NCBI GenBank assembly: GCA_965243395.1
Contig: CBDEUS010000002.1
Location: 978,293 to 1,042,292 of the forward strand
Direction: 5' to 3'
Source of the DNA: Gammaproteobacteria bacterium
GTDB lineage: Bacteria; Pseudomonadota; Gammaproteobacteria; UBA4575
DNA: 64,000 nucleotides
Both the position numbers and the translations under genes were made by a program. Each line of letters begins with the position of its first letter. The stretch's first letter is position 1. The notes beneath the pieces are model-generated. The model worked only from the letters and a program-made list of their open reading frames with translations. It made no database searches and was not told the DNA's origin. Shown piece after piece: positions 9,776 through 20,581 of the stretch.

Positions 9776-9793
9776 ATACAGATATCGTGCCAA
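9776..9793 (-). promoter_or_regulatory. Weak sigma-54 (-24/-12)-like element upstream of pilA.
   Basis: The minus strand reads TTGGCACGATATCTGTA. The -24 TGGCAC is good but the -12 is CTGT rather than TTGC. It lies about 150 bp upstream of the pilA ATG, and pilR (sigma-54 activator) is adjacent. Confidence 0.25.
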
Positions 9794-9910
9794 ATTTAAT
9801 CTGGCGGGATAACTCTAATGAAAACAGTATGTTCGATTTGGTGTTTAGAATCATGAGTCAGAAGACAAGTGGTAGATTCTGACGATTGGCTGGACTTCAG
9901 TGTTCAAGAG

Positions 9911-9925
9911 TGACAATTATTGTCA
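9911..9925. promoter_or_regulatory. Perfect inverted repeat TGACAAT-T-ATTGTCA, a candidate PilR or other enhancer-binding site.
   Basis: 7-bp arms containing TGTC half-sites. It lies between the pilR stop and the pilA promoter region. Confidence 0.3.
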
Positions 9926-9940
9926 GTTTAGTGATAAATA

Positions 9941-11302
9941 TCATTCTAATTCAAGCTTTTGCAGCCGGTATCGCAGCTGTCTAAAGGTGATTCCCAATAG
10001 TTTAGCAGCAGCTGTTTTATTCCAGCGAGTTTTTTCTAAGGCAGCAATAATGGCTTTGCGTTCTTTCTGAATAAGATAATCTTCAAGCTGGTCTACAGAG
10101 AGAGAGATAGAGGATTCGTCAGGGTTGACCGTATCAGTTTTTGTAGCCGGTTCATTATTGGGTAAATCAAGATCATTGGCATCAATTTCAGATCCGTCGC
10201 ACAATGTAGCTGCACGTTCTAAAATATTTTCGAGTTCACGAATATTACCTGGAAAAGTATAGGCCTGAAGCTTCTCAATAGCTTCTTCTGACAAGTTGTA
10301 TGAATTTCCATTGCTTGCAGAAATTCTGTTTAGCATAAAGTTGGCAAGAATTGGTAAATCTGTGATTCGTTCTCGAAGCGGAGGTATATTCAATTCGATT
10401 ACATTGATTCGATAATATAAATCTTGTCGAAAACTACCTGATTCTACTTCAGCGGCAAGATCTTTATGAGTTGCGCTCAGAAGGCGAATATCCACAGGTA
10501 TTTCTTTTTGACTGCCAACAGGCTTGATCGCCTTTTCCTGAATTGCACGTAATAATTTAACCTGCATATGAATTGGAAGTTCTGCAATTTCATCTAAAAA
10601 TAAAGTACCACCATTTGCAGCTTGAAAAAGACCTTCTTTATCGTTTACAGCACCAGTAAAACTTCCTTTCACATGACCAAAGAATTCGCTTTCCATAAGC
10701 TCAGTAGGAATTGCGCCACAGTTTACAGGTACGAAACTTGCGCTTGCTCGTGGTCCTTGCTGATGTATTTGTGTGGCAACCAACTCTTTCCCTACACCAG
10801 ATTCACCACGTAGATAAACGGGTGCTTGACTACGAGCTAACTTATCTATCTTTTGTCGCAACTCAAGCATCGCATCCGATTCACCTAGTAACTTTTGTGA
10901 TTGTTTACTTGCGCCATCACTTGTAACTTCAATTGGCGTGCTTGAAACTTTTAGCGCAGTATCAACCAACCCACGTAACATGTTTAAGTCAATAGGTTTG
11001 GAAACAAAGTCAAAAGCGCCTGCTTTCAGAGCTTTTATGGCAGTTTCCATACTGCCAAATGCAGTGATTACAGCTACTGGGATATGTGGAAATCGAGCTT
11101 GAATATGTTCAACTAATTCAATGCCTGTGCCGTCAGGAAGTTTCATGTCAGTGAGACATAAATCAAAAGGTTGATTATCAAGAAGTGATTTAGCTTCACG
11201 CACATTAGCAGCTGCATGTGAATCTAAATTCATGCGGCTTAGCGTTATTTCCAGTAACTCTCTTATATCAGGTTCGTCATCTACGACTAATATATTTTTC
11301 AA
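9941..11302 (-). CDS. pilR: Sigma-54-dependent two-component response regulator (NtrC family).
   Basis: 453 aa with an N-terminal receiver (VVDDEPDIREL...D), an AAA+ domain carrying ESGVGKE and GSFTGA (the GAFTGA variant), and a C-terminal HTH. It overlaps pilS by 4 bp. Confidence 0.88.
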   Translation of the reverse strand: MKNILVVDDEPDIRELLEITLSRMNLDSHAAANVREAKSLLDNQPFDLCLTDMKLPDGTGIELVEHIQARFPHIPVAVITAFGSMETAIKALKAGAFDFVSKPIDLNMLRGLVDTALKVSSTPIEVTSDGASKQSQKLLGESDAMLELRQKIDKLARSQAPVYLRGESGVGKELVATQIHQQGPRASASFVPVNCGAIPTELMESEFFGHVKGSFTGAVNDKEGLFQAANGGTLFLDEIAELPIHMQVKLLRAIQEKAIKPVGSQKEIPVDIRLLSATHKDLAAEVESGSFRQDLYYRINVIELNIPPLRERITDLPILANFMLNRISASNGNSYNLSEEAIEKLQAYTFPGNIRELENILERAATLCDGSEIDANDLDLPNNEPATKTDTVNPDESSISLSVDQLEDYLIQKERKAIIAALEKTRWNKTAAAKLLGITFRQLRYRLQKLELE

Positions 11303-12957
11303 GATTTTGACTCTCCTGCTTTATTGGTAGCGAGGCTGACATCTGCAGGAAATTCTATTCTGAAGCAGCTGCCACCATCAGGCATACTAATATAACGTAA
11401 ATCTCCACCATTATTTTTGCATAATTCCCTTGAAAGGTATAAACCGAGGCCTGTACCAGTATCACTGGTAGTAAAAAATGGTTCAAATAATTGTTTTTGA
11501 TGTTCAATATCTATCCCCGGTCCATTATCAATCACATCTAAATAAGGAGCAGAGTGACCTTGGCTAGTATCGACTATTAGCTGAAGGCGAAAATTTTCTT
11601 TGCTAGAACCATATTTCTTAGCATTTTTGCAGAGGTTCCATAACACTTGGTGTAAGTTATTTGGATCCATCATAGTAAATGCATCGGAAGGTGTAATTTT
11701 TAATGAAACCCAATCTTTTTGTAGCTCATTAGTACGGGTGAATTCTTCAATAAATTTTCGCAACCATAAGCCTAAGTTTATTTTTTCTGGCTTAGGTTTT
11801 TCGCGCCGTGATAAACGCAAAACATTGTTGATAATTGTGTTCAAACGAATAGATTGGTCTTGAATTATTGTAGCGAGTCTTTTATCTGCTTTATGCAGCT
11901 CCGAAGATTCGTCTAACAACTGTGCAGCATGACTGATAGCACCTAGTGGGTTTCTAATTTCATGTGCAATACTTGCTGTGAGTCTACCTAAGGATGCTAA
12001 TTTCGTTTCTTGAACTTGTTTGTCGACTTCAGTGTTGTCATTAAGATAAATTACAGACCCTCTGTCATGTTTACGTAAACCCACGGGTACAATTCGTATC
12101 TGAAGATCTGCTTTGTTAGTACGTCTTAATTTTCCCAGATAGTTTCTGAATTCTGTATTTTCTGTTGATGCTTTATTCCATGATTTATATAAATCAAATA
12201 AAGGTACAGATACGTCTAAAAGTTTAGAATTATCATTTATATCTGGTTGATCCAATAATTTCCACGCCGCATGGTTATGCATTCGAATTGTGCCGGTATC
12301 ATCAATCACCATAATTCCGGCATCCATTCGATTAATTAAATGCTCATTGAGTTTTCCCAAATTGGCTAAGTCAATCCCACGTTGTGCAGCAAGTTTGGCG
12401 CTTTCGCTAGCGCGATGCGCTAAAGTAATTGCTAATAATGCAGTGGCGAATAGAGCGGCACCAAGAAGACCTGCCTGAGTGTAAGCCGTTTTTTCAAATA
12501 GACCATGTAAGTTTGCATAAATTTCATGGCCGAGAATTGCTAGAGTGGCTAGAGCAGCGAATAGCAATGCAGACTTGCCCGGCAAAAGTAAACTTCCGCC
12601 AGCTACAACAGCGATAATTAAGGTACCAAAACCACTGGTCACGCCACCATACAAATTCATTAAAGCGATGATCGCTATAATATCTACAGTGATTGAGATA
12701 TAAACTTGTGATTTGTATGGCAACCATCTGAAGTATGCAACAATAAGCGCAAGTATTGCGGTAAGAAAATAAATACCACTTACCCACCGTAGTAAATGTG
12801 GGTCAAGAGAAGAGAGGAATCTTGTACTGTCAATAAAAAGACTAAGACTAAAAAATATTATGGCAACAATAATTCGATATACTGAAAATAGCCTAAGTGC
12901 AGGCCACTGTTGCGTGGTTTTATCTTCTTGTGTATTGCTCATAGCAGTATTAAGCAA
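11299..12957 (-). CDS. pilS: Sensor histidine kinase PilS.
   Basis: 552 aa with six N-terminal transmembrane helices, the HisKA motif SIAHEIRNPL and an HATPase_c domain (DNGPGI...GTGLGL). Confidence 0.85.
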   Translation of the reverse strand: MLNTAMSNTQEDKTTQQWPALRLFSVYRIIVAIIFFSLSLFIDSTRFLSSLDPHLLRWVSGIYFLTAILALIVAYFRWLPYKSQVYISITVDIIAIIALMNLYGGVTSGFGTLIIAVVAGGSLLLPGKSALLFAALATLAILGHEIYANLHGLFEKTAYTQAGLLGAALFATALLAITLAHRASESAKLAAQRGIDLANLGKLNEHLINRMDAGIMVIDDTGTIRMHNHAAWKLLDQPDINDNSKLLDVSVPLFDLYKSWNKASTENTEFRNYLGKLRRTNKADLQIRIVPVGLRKHDRGSVIYLNDNTEVDKQVQETKLASLGRLTASIAHEIRNPLGAISHAAQLLDESSELHKADKRLATIIQDQSIRLNTIINNVLRLSRREKPKPEKINLGLWLRKFIEEFTRTNELQKDWVSLKITPSDAFTMMDPNNLHQVLWNLCKNAKKYGSSKENFRLQLIVDTSQGHSAPYLDVIDNGPGIDIEHQKQLFEPFFTTSDTGTGLGLYLSRELCKNNGGDLRYISMPDGGSCFRIEFPADVSLATNKAGESKS

Positions 12958-13078
12958 TATAAATTAGCGTAAGTAATCATTCATTAGATGTATGTGAGCA
13001 TACAGCAGCTAATATATATGTGCTTAAATTCATCGGTATAATAAGCTGGCCGATCGTCATAACATTAAATACATAAAT

Positions 13079-14257
13079 ATGAATATACATGAATACCAAG
13101 CGAAAGCCTTATTTGCAGACAACGAAATTCCTGTCTTATCTTCACACTTAATTGAGATGGGTGACGATGTTCAGTCTATCTGTGATGAACTCAAGCATCA
13201 ATCCTGGGTTGTAAAAGCACAAGTGCACGCAGGAGGTCGAGGCAAAGCCGGAGGCGTAAAACTGGTGAGAGATTCAAATCTGTTAGCAGAAACAGTTTTA
13301 GATATGCTAGGAAATACTCTTAGAACTAAGCAAACAGGTAAATCAGGACTGCCGATTAATGCGGTTTTACTGGAAGAGGTAATTGATATAGAAACTGAGC
13401 TTTATCTCGCTTTGCTGATTGATCGATCTGTAAAGCAGCTAGCAATAATCGCTTCTGCTGAGGGCGGTATGGATATTGAAGAGGTGGCTAAAAATACTCC
13501 AGAGAAAATCATAAAACACTATATTCATCCTGCAGTGGGCATTCAGAGCAATCAAATAAATGATATCGGCTATGCGCTAAATTTTTCTAGATCTCAAATT
13601 AAACAATTTTCAAAAATTATACAAAATCTTGTTAAATTATTTTTAGATAACGATTGTAGTTTGATTGAAGTTAATCCATTAATCGTAAACTCAGATGGTG
13701 ACCTTATCGCATTAGACGCAAAAATTAATCTTGATGACAATGCTTTGTTTCGACATAAGCAGTTGCAATCTTTTTATGATCCAGCACAACAAAATCAAGT
13801 AGAAGCAAAAGCTAAAAAGCTAGGCCTAAATTATATTAAACTTGACGGAAACATAGGTTGCATTGTTAATGGTGCTGGATTGGCTATGGCAACAATGGAT
13901 TTAATAAAGCATCATGGAGGCGAACCTGCAAACTTTCTTGACGTCGGAGGCGGAACAACACAAGGGAAAGTATCAGAAGCATTTAAACTCGTTTCAAGTG
14001 ATGCTTCAGTAGAAGCCATTTTTGTGAATATATTCGGTGGAATAGTGCGGTGTGATTTAATCGCGCAAGGAATATTAGATGCCCAAAAAGAAATGAGTAA
14101 GAATGAAATTGCTCTTAATGTTCCTATCATTGTACTTTTACAAGGTACTAACGCAGATGAAGGAAAAAAAATTCTAGAAAATCAATCTTCTAAAATAATT
14201 CCGGTGGATAACCTTACCGATGGCGCGAAGAAAGCAATAGCTTTAGCATCCTCATAA
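13079..14257 (+). CDS. sucC: Succinyl-CoA synthetase beta subunit.
   Basis: [12 protein letters not shown] and [14 protein letters not shown] match E. coli SucC almost motif for motif. Confidence 0.95.
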   Translation: MNIHEYQAKALFADNEIPVLSSHLIEMGDDVQSICDELKHQSWVVKAQVHAGGRGKAGGVKLVRDSNLLAETVLDMLGNTLRTKQTGKSGLPINAVLLEEVIDIETELYLALLIDRSVKQLAIIASAEGGMDIEEVAKNTPEKIIKHYIHPAVGIQSNQINDIGYALNFSRSQIKQFSKIIQNLVKLFLDNDCSLIEVNPLIVNSDGDLIALDAKINLDDNALFRHKQLQSFYDPAQQNQVEAKAKKLGLNYIKLDGNIGCIVNGAGLAMATMDLIKHHGGEPANFLDVGGGTTQGKVSEAFKLVSSDASVEAIFVNIFGGIVRCDLIAQGILDAQKEMSKNEIALNVPIIVLLQGTNADEGKKILENQSSKIIPVDNLTDGAKKAIALASS

Positions 14258-14279
14258 AACTAAAAATGGATTTAAATTC

Positions 14280-15152
14280 GTGAGTATTCTCATAAACAAA
14301 AATACTAAAGTGCTTTGTCAGGGATTGACAGGCGCACAAGGAAGCTTTCATACACAACAAGCTCTCGATTATGGAACTCAAGTTGTGGCCGGAGTTACAC
14401 CTGGTAAGGGCGGAGAATCTGTTTTGAATTTACCTGTTTATAACACAGTAAGCAGTGCGTTAACTGAACATCATATTGATGCAAGTGTGATATATGTGCC
14501 CGCAGCATTTGCTGCAGATGCCATTCTTGAATCCATCAACGCTGGAATAAAGCTTATTGTTTGCATCACAGAAGGGATTCCCGTCTTAGATATGGTAAAA
14601 GTGAACGCTGTTCTTAAAGACAGTGAGTCCCTGCTAATTGGGCCAAACTGCCCAGGTATTATCACACCAGATGAATGTAAGATTGGTATTATGCCGGGCG
14701 ATATTCATCGCACAGGTAAGGTGGGTATTGTTTCTCGCTCAGGCACACTTACTTATGTTGCAGTTAACCAAACCACGCAGCATGGCTTGGGTCAGTCAAC
14801 ATGTATCGGAATTGGAGGTGATCCCATACACGGTCTTAATTTTATTGATTGTTTGCAAATGTTCAATGAAGACGAAGATACAGATGGAATCATTATGGTC
14901 GGTGAAATTGGGGGAACAGCAGAAGAAGAAGCGGCTGAATATATTCAGCAAAATATTACTAAACCGGTAGTAGCCTACATTGCGGGTGTTACTGCACCAC
15001 CAGGAAAGCGCATGGGTCATGCAGGTGCCATTGTTAGTGGCGGTAAAGGGACTGCTGAACAAAAATATACCGCATTGGAAAAAGCAGGAGTGAATACTGT
15101 TAGAACGCCTGCAGAAATCGGTAAACAAATAAGCGAACTACTGAAGCGTTGA
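14280..15152 (+). CDS. sucD: Succinyl-CoA synthetase alpha subunit.
   Basis: 290 aa with a CoA-binding domain and the phosphohistidine region GHAGAIV. It starts at GTG. Confidence 0.95.
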   Translation: MSILINKNTKVLCQGLTGAQGSFHTQQALDYGTQVVAGVTPGKGGESVLNLPVYNTVSSALTEHHIDASVIYVPAAFAADAILESINAGIKLIVCITEGIPVLDMVKVNAVLKDSESLLIGPNCPGIITPDECKIGIMPGDIHRTGKVGIVSRSGTLTYVAVNQTTQHGLGQSTCIGIGGDPIHGLNFIDCLQMFNEDEDTDGIIMVGEIGGTAEEEAAEYIQQNITKPVVAYIAGVTAPPGKRMGHAGAIVSGGKGTAEQKYTALEKAGVNTVRTPAEIGKQISELLKR

Positions 15153-15170
15153 GCATTTCTGATTATTAAT

Positions 15171-16799
15171 ATGAAAGAAGTTCTAAATATTTCTTTGGCT
15201 CAGCTTAATTTTTTAGTTGGTGATGTAGAGGGGAACACACAGCAAATTATTAATGCAGCAAAACAAGCACGTGATCAAAATTCAGCGGATATCATCGTAT
15301 TCACTGAACTAGCTATCACAGGTTATCCACTTGAAGACTTATTGTTCCGCTCATCATTGATGGTGCGTGTTCAAAATGCACTCGAAAAAATAAAAACTGA
15401 AGTTGAAGACATATATTTGTTAATCGGTGCACCTACAAAAGAGGGTCATGAGTTATTTAATTCTGCACTTTTGATTTATAACTCGAAAACCATAGCTACT
15501 TATCATAAACACCAGTTGCCAAACTACGAAGTGTTTGATGAAAAACGTTATTTTAGTTCTGGTAGTGCAGCATGTGTTGCAAATGTAAAAGGAGTCAATA
15601 TTGGCATAACGATATGTGAAGATATCTGGTTTGCAGAACCTATTTCTAAAAGTAAACAAGCTGGTGCAGAGTTGCTTATTAATATTAATGCGAGCCCGTA
15701 TCAATTCAACAAAACCAATATGCGAACTGAAGTATTAAAGCAACGTATTTCTGAGCAAAATATTCCAGTTGTGTACGTAAACCAAGTTGGAGGGCAAGAT
15801 GAGCTTGTATTTGACGGTGAATCATTATGCTTAAACAAAACAGGTGAACTTTGTTTACAAGCACCAGTATTTGAAAGCGGTGCTTTTACAATTTCATATT
15901 CTAAAACTGAAAATGATTTGCTTAAGAGTGCGTGTATTAATAAATGTCTAACAAAGGCAGCTTCAATATACCGAGCATTAGTTCTGGGCGTAAAAGACTA
16001 TGTGCAAAAAAATTCTTTTTCTGGTGTCGTATTGGGATTGTCTGGAGGTGTTGACTCGGCATTAACGTTAACCATTGCAGTTGATGCTCTGGGTGCTGAG
16101 AACGTACATGCGGTAATGATGCCTTTTCACTATACATCTGATATGAGTAAAGAGGATTCGAATAAGCTTGCTTCTGCAATGAGTGTGCATTTGGATGAGA
16201 TTCCTATCGAGGGATCATTTGATGCATTGATAAATTCTCTTGAGCCTATATTTAGGGATTTACCTGTAGGTGTAACAGAAGAGAATCTTCAGTCTCGAAT
16301 TCGAGGCGTATTGCTCATGGCAATATCAAATAAGATGGGTAATATGTTGCTAACTACAGGAAATAAAAGTGAAATGTCAGTTGGCTATGCAACACTTTAC
16401 GGTGATATGGCTGGCGGATTTGCGCCATTGAAAGATGTTTCTAAAACGATGGTTTACGAGTTAGCAAAGTATAGAAATACAATTTCAGATGTTATTCCAG
16501 AAAGAATTATTACACGAGCACCCTCTGCAGAACTAGCACCAGACCAGGTAGATCAAGACAGTTTGCCACCTTATGAAATTCTTGACCCTATTCTTGAGAT
16601 GTTTGTTGAACAGGATTGTACATTAGAAGAAATAGTAGCAAGTGGTTTTAGTGAACATGTGGTAAGGCGAGTTATCAAAATGGTATTACGCAACGAGTAT
16701 AAACGACGGCAAGCACCGCCAGGTGTTAAAATTACTTCACGCGCATATGGAAAAGATCGACGTTATCCAATTACTTCGGGATTTTTAAAAAATATTTAA
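15171..16799 (+). CDS. nadE: Glutamine-dependent NAD+ synthetase (nitrilase-like domain plus NAD synthase domain).
   Basis: 542 aa with an N-terminal CN-hydrolase domain and a C-terminal PP-loop SGGVDS. Confidence 0.9.
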   Translation: MKEVLNISLAQLNFLVGDVEGNTQQIINAAKQARDQNSADIIVFTELAITGYPLEDLLFRSSLMVRVQNALEKIKTEVEDIYLLIGAPTKEGHELFNSALLIYNSKTIATYHKHQLPNYEVFDEKRYFSSGSAACVANVKGVNIGITICEDIWFAEPISKSKQAGAELLININASPYQFNKTNMRTEVLKQRISEQNIPVVYVNQVGGQDELVFDGESLCLNKTGELCLQAPVFESGAFTISYSKTENDLLKSACINKCLTKAASIYRALVLGVKDYVQKNSFSGVVLGLSGGVDSALTLTIAVDALGAENVHAVMMPFHYTSDMSKEDSNKLASAMSVHLDEIPIEGSFDALINSLEPIFRDLPVGVTEENLQSRIRGVLLMAISNKMGNMLLTTGNKSEMSVGYATLYGDMAGGFAPLKDVSKTMVYELAKYRNTISDVIPERIITRAPSAELAPDQVDQDSLPPYEILDPILEMFVEQDCTLEEIVASGFSEHVVRRVIKMVLRNEYKRRQAPPGVKITSRAYGKDRRYPITSGFLKNI

Positions 16800-16800
16800 A

Positions 16801-17745
16801 CTAGTTACAGTAATAAGTTCTAAGTTTAAGCTTTTCTAACATTTTCTCTAATAAGCTCTCTGCGCAAGTATGATTTTCTTGTGCAAATTTCTCATCGATT
16901 ACACCACCTTTACCAGTCTGGTAGTTTTGTGCATATATGCGATGTGTATCGTTAGCTAAATCTTCAATACCAAGTGATATATAGGCTTGTTCTAGTATAT
17001 ATACGGCTTCAGGCATTATTTCGGCACCCTGATAGTTTTCCATGACATACTTCGCGCGATTAGCGGCTGCAACATAAGCCCCGCGTTTCATATAAAATCT
17101 TGCAACTTTCACTTCATATTCGGCAAGCTCGTTACGCAAATAAATCATGCGTAATTTTGCGTCATCAGCATATTCACTTTCAGGATATTTCTCGATTAAC
17201 AATCTAAAAATCTCAAAGGCTTCTCGAAGAGAGGTTGGGTCATTGTTAGACGGGTCACGTTTAAGAACATAATGAATCAAGTTTTTTCCGCTATCAAAAG
17301 TAATTAAGCCTTTCATATAGTAAGCATAATCAATACTTGGATGTTGCGGGTTTAATTGAATAAATCGATTTATAGTACTTAAGGCTTGTTCTACATTGTT
17401 TTGTTTATAATAAGCAAAAGTTAGTTCAAGTAATCCTTGTTGCGCATAGCGCCCAAACGGGTAACGGCTTTGTAATAACTCAAATTGCTCAACTGCTCCT
17501 GTAAAATCTCGTGCGTTTAATGATTGATGTGCTTTTTTATATAATTTAGCAGCGGAGTCATCAGCAGCAATCTCCGGATCCTTTTCTTCATCGTCTTTGC
17601 CAAACGGCCACAATGACGAGCAGCTACTGATAGACGCTATGAGTAATAGCATTATTACAGCCTGCCAAATGGATCTTTTTCTTTGAAGTGTATAGTCTTT
17701 CATAGGATTGAAAGTATAACCATTTTTGTTATGAATCCGTACCAA
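16801..17745 (-). CDS. bamD: Outer membrane protein assembly factor BamD (TPR lipoprotein).
   Basis: Lipobox SISSCSS followed by TPR repeats. It is divergent from rluD, as in E. coli. The true start may be the internal Met at about 17703. Confidence 0.8.
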   Translation of the reverse strand: MVRIHNKNGYTFNPMKDYTLQRKRSIWQAVIMLLLIASISSCSSLWPFGKDDEEKDPEIAADDSAAKLYKKAHQSLNARDFTGAVEQFELLQSRYPFGRYAQQGLLELTFAYYKQNNVEQALSTINRFIQLNPQHPSIDYAYYMKGLITFDSGKNLIHYVLKRDPSNNDPTSLREAFEIFRLLIEKYPESEYADDAKLRMIYLRNELAEYEVKVARFYMKRGAYVAAANRAKYVMENYQGAEIMPEAVYILEQAYISLGIEDLANDTHRIYAQNYQTGKGGVIDEKFAQENHTCAESLLEKMLEKLKLRTYYCN

Positions 17746-17767
17746 AATACACTTTAGATATTCAAAA

Positions 17768-18718
17768 ATGTCAGATAGAGAAATAATAATAGGTGTGATA
17801 CCTGATGAATATAAAGGTTTACGCTTAGACCACGCATTGGCGAAAATGTATCCAGACTATTCGCGAGCACGCCTGCAAAAATGGATAAAATCAGGCGCAA
17901 TCACGGTTGATGGAAACATGCTGCGTCCTAAAGACGATATTGGGGGTGGAGAGAGAGTAGAAATAGAAATAATTCCAGAAGATGAAGTATTTCTAAAACC
18001 TGAAGCCATACCTTTAAATATTAACCATGAGGATGACCAAATAATTGTGGTAAATAAACCTTCAGGTTTAGTTGTACATCCGGGTGCGGGAAATTCAAGT
18101 GGTACCCTGGCGAATGCTTTATTACACCATTTCCCAGATATACGAATGGTGCCGAGAGTAGGTATTGTGCACAGGCTCGATAAAGATACTACAGGGTTAT
18201 TAGTAATTGCTAAAAACATTAAAACGCAGACAAATTTGGTTGAACAATTACAACAAAGAATAGTTTCTCGAAATTATATTGCACTTGTACATGGCGAAAT
18301 TATTTCCGGTGGAACAATTGAAAATCCGATAGGAAGGCACTCAGTTGACCGTAAAAAAATGGCGGTGAAGCCCACCGGTGGAAGAGATGCGATCACACAT
18401 TATCGAATTCGCAAAAAATTTACAGGCTTTACTTTATTAGATGTTAGTTTAGAAACTGGGAGAACACATCAAATACGTGTGCATATGTCTTATCAAAAGC
18501 ATCCTATTGTTGGAGATAAAGTGTATGGTCGAAAAATTAATCCTGGTAAAAAAGCTGTACTTACATTACTTGCGAAATTTCCACGCCAAGCCTTACATGC
18601 AGCTGAGTTGTCATTCAAGCATCCGAAAACTAATCAACAAGTTTCATTTAAAGCGCCCATTCCTAATGACTTTCATGCGTTGATCGATGCGCTCGAAAAA
18701 GCAGATCATGAAGCTTGA
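17768..18718 (+). CDS. rluD: 23S rRNA pseudouridine synthase D.
   Basis: S4 domain plus the RluA-family catalytic motif HRLDKDTTGLL. Confidence 0.9.
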   Translation: MSDREIIIGVIPDEYKGLRLDHALAKMYPDYSRARLQKWIKSGAITVDGNMLRPKDDIGGGERVEIEIIPEDEVFLKPEAIPLNINHEDDQIIVVNKPSGLVVHPGAGNSSGTLANALLHHFPDIRMVPRVGIVHRLDKDTTGLLVIAKNIKTQTNLVEQLQQRIVSRNYIALVHGEIISGGTIENPIGRHSVDRKKMAVKPTGGRDAITHYRIRKKFTGFTLLDVSLETGRTHQIRVHMSYQKHPIVGDKVYGRKINPGKKAVLTLLAKFPRQALHAAELSFKHPKTNQQVSFKAPIPNDFHALIDALEKADHEA

Positions 18719-19445
18719 ATATATTAAACCCGATTGGGCTGCGCCGGAAAATATTTCCTGTGTGACTACAACTCGTGTGGGTGGATATAGTAATAATGAA
18801 TATTCATCTTTGAATTTAGGCGGGCATGTTAAAGATGCTATTAATAATGTTGAGCAAAATCGAAATTTAATATTAAAAGATCTTAAACTTCCCAGCAGCC
18901 CTGTTTGGTTAGAGCAGGTACATGGTTCAATTGTATTGGAATTAAATGATAGAACATCTGAAAATACTGTTGCGGATGCAGCTTATACTCAACAAAAAGG
19001 AATCGTTTGTGCTGTGCTCACCGCAGATTGTTTACCAATCGTATTTTGTGATCACAAAGGTCAATATGTTGCCGTTGCTCATGGAGGTTGGCGGGGATTA
19101 GTTGGAGGCATTATCGAAAACACTTTACAAGCATTGCCTGTTGCTAATGAAGAAATGATGTGTTGGTTAGGTCCTGCCATCGGTCCGAATAAATTTGAAG
19201 TAGGCAAAGAAGTCTTTGAACAATTTCTAGAAAAAGATGTTATTAATGAAAATGCGTTTCAAACACAAGAAAATGGAAAATATTTAGCTAATATTTATCA
19301 ATTAGCCAAAAACATTCTTGCTAAAGAAAGTGTGGCGCAAGTGTATGGTGGTCAGTATTGCACCCATACTGAAAGCGATAAGTTTTATTCCTACCGAAGA
19401 GATGGTGAAGCAGGGAGAATGGCAACACTCATCTGGCGTGATTAG
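18687..19445 (+). CDS. pgeF: Purine nucleoside phosphorylase / polyphenol oxidase-family protein YfiH (PgeF).
   Basis: DUF152 motifs TADCLPIV and HGGWRG. The rluD-yfiH order is conserved. Confidence 0.85.
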   Translation: MRSKKQIMKLEYIKPDWAAPENISCVTTTRVGGYSNNEYSSLNLGGHVKDAINNVEQNRNLILKDLKLPSSPVWLEQVHGSIVLELNDRTSENTVADAAYTQQKGIVCAVLTADCLPIVFCDHKGQYVAVAHGGWRGLVGGIIENTLQALPVANEEMMCWLGPAIGPNKFEVGKEVFEQFLEKDVINENAFQTQENGKYLANIYQLAKNILAKESVAQVYGGQYCTHTESDKFYSYRRDGEAGRMATLIWRD

Positions 19446-19522
19446 TGAGCACTTGGATGTGCGAATAAGAGTTGCAACAGGGATGTTGCTTCAGTTTCAA
19501 AGTTAACTAATCTCGATTATTT

Positions 19523-19549
19523 CTGCTTACGGCCAATAGCGGACATTAT
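19523..19549 (-). repeat. Copy 1 of a local imperfect-palindromic repeat family (consensus about AATGTCCGCTWTTGGSYCGTWAG).
   Basis: On the minus strand it reads ATAATGTCCGCTATTGGCCGTAAGCAG. It overlaps the stop of ORF 19546-19854. Confidence 0.6.
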
Positions 19550-19854
19550 TTTAAATCATCATGTTCAAATTCGTCGCGATAGGTATTAGGTTTGCGATAC
19601 TTGCTAAATATAATGCTATTGAAAGGCCATGGAATAAACTTTCTAGGAATAGCATTTGGTGAATGCTGATTAACAAGATATAAGACAATAGATGCGCCAA
19701 TAAACGGCACAAGCCAGCAAATTACCATTTGTGCATTTCTTTGGAAAGGTTCTAGTGTTTCATCATATTTTGCTGCAACACTTCCAATAAATGCAAGCCA
19801 GAGCCAAAATAAGAAAAGCACAATAACGAAAAGTAGTGATATAAATTCAAACAT
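19546..19854 (-). CDS. Hypothetical small inner-membrane protein (two transmembrane helices).
   Basis: 102 aa, hydrophobic (FISLLFVIVLFLFWLWLAFIG and WLVPFIGASIVLYLV). An AGGAGA ribosome-binding site is provided by the upstream repeat copy. Confidence 0.5.
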   Translation of the reverse strand: MFEFISLLFVIVLFLFWLWLAFIGSVAAKYDETLEPFQRNAQMVICWLVPFIGASIVLYLVNQHSPNAIPRKFIPWPFNSIIFSKYRKPNTYRDEFEHDDLK

Positions 19855-19870
19855 ATTTGTATTTATGTCT

Positions 19871-19895
19871 CCTAACGGCCAATAGCGGACATTAT
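19871..19895 (-). repeat. Copy 2 of the repeat family.
   Basis: On the minus strand it reads ATAATGTCCGCTATTGGCCGTTAGGAG. It overlaps the stop of ORF 19892-20518 and supplies the ribosome-binding site of the next ORF. Confidence 0.6.
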
Positions 19896-20518
19896 GGAGC
19901 TGAGCATCCTAGAGCTAATCTAAGTGTTGATTCATCTTTTGCTTTTGAGTCTTTTGGATAAAACAAGCTTAAACATGCATATGATTCCATTATTTTTTCA
20001 GAAAATTTCTTAATATCTTGACCATGTATATGAAGCAATTTTCCAGCTTTAATGTAATAGGCATTTTCATGAACAAATGTATCCTCAGGTTTTACAGTTC
20101 TCCTAACAAATACATATCTGATTCCGTTCTCAAGGATCTTATCTTCAATTACTTCAGAATGAATATCTTCATTTGTTGTTAAAACTTTTTTAAACGCCTC
20201 ATCCCCTGGATACATCCCTATCCTTATTTCTGGTCGTAAAGATAGATTATATGGTTCATCAAGTGCATGATATAGCCTCAATCCATTTATATTGAGCTGC
20301 CCAATGTATCGATTAGATATAGAAATGTACCCGTCTAATGCCTGATAGATTACTTTATTAGCTATTTGCTCATCCGTAACACCTTTAGAAATGATTAATC
20401 TATCTGGTAATGATTTCCCAATAAGAAAACCATTCGCAAAACTAAGAACTGAGATAATTAATACCGAAATTAATAAAAGCAATATAGTCACAGGATTAAA
20501 CTTGGAGGTTATATACAT
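19892..20518 (-). CDS. Hypothetical protein with an N-terminal signal-anchor and a periplasmic domain.
   Basis: 208 aa. There is one N-terminal transmembrane helix (TILLLLISVLIISVLSF) and no recognisable catalytic motif. Confidence 0.5.
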   Translation of the reverse strand: MYITSKFNPVTILLLLISVLIISVLSFANGFLIGKSLPDRLIISKGVTDEQIANKVIYQALDGYISISNRYIGQLNINGLRLYHALDEPYNLSLRPEIRIGMYPGDEAFKKVLTTNEDIHSEVIEDKILENGIRYVFVRRTVKPEDTFVHENAYYIKAGKLLHIHGQDIKKFSEKIMESYACLSLFYPKDSKAKDESTLRLALGCSAP

Positions 20519-20562
20519 TTTATCTTGTAGGCTTCATTTCATATCTTATGCAATATATCTGC

Positions 20563-20578
20563 CTTGAGTCGTAAGCAG
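20563..20578 (+). repeat. Degenerate partial copy of the repeat family (CTTGAGTCGTAAGCAG).
   Basis: It matches the TTGGCCGTAAGCAG half of copy 1. Confidence 0.35.
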
Positions 20579-20581
20579 TCA

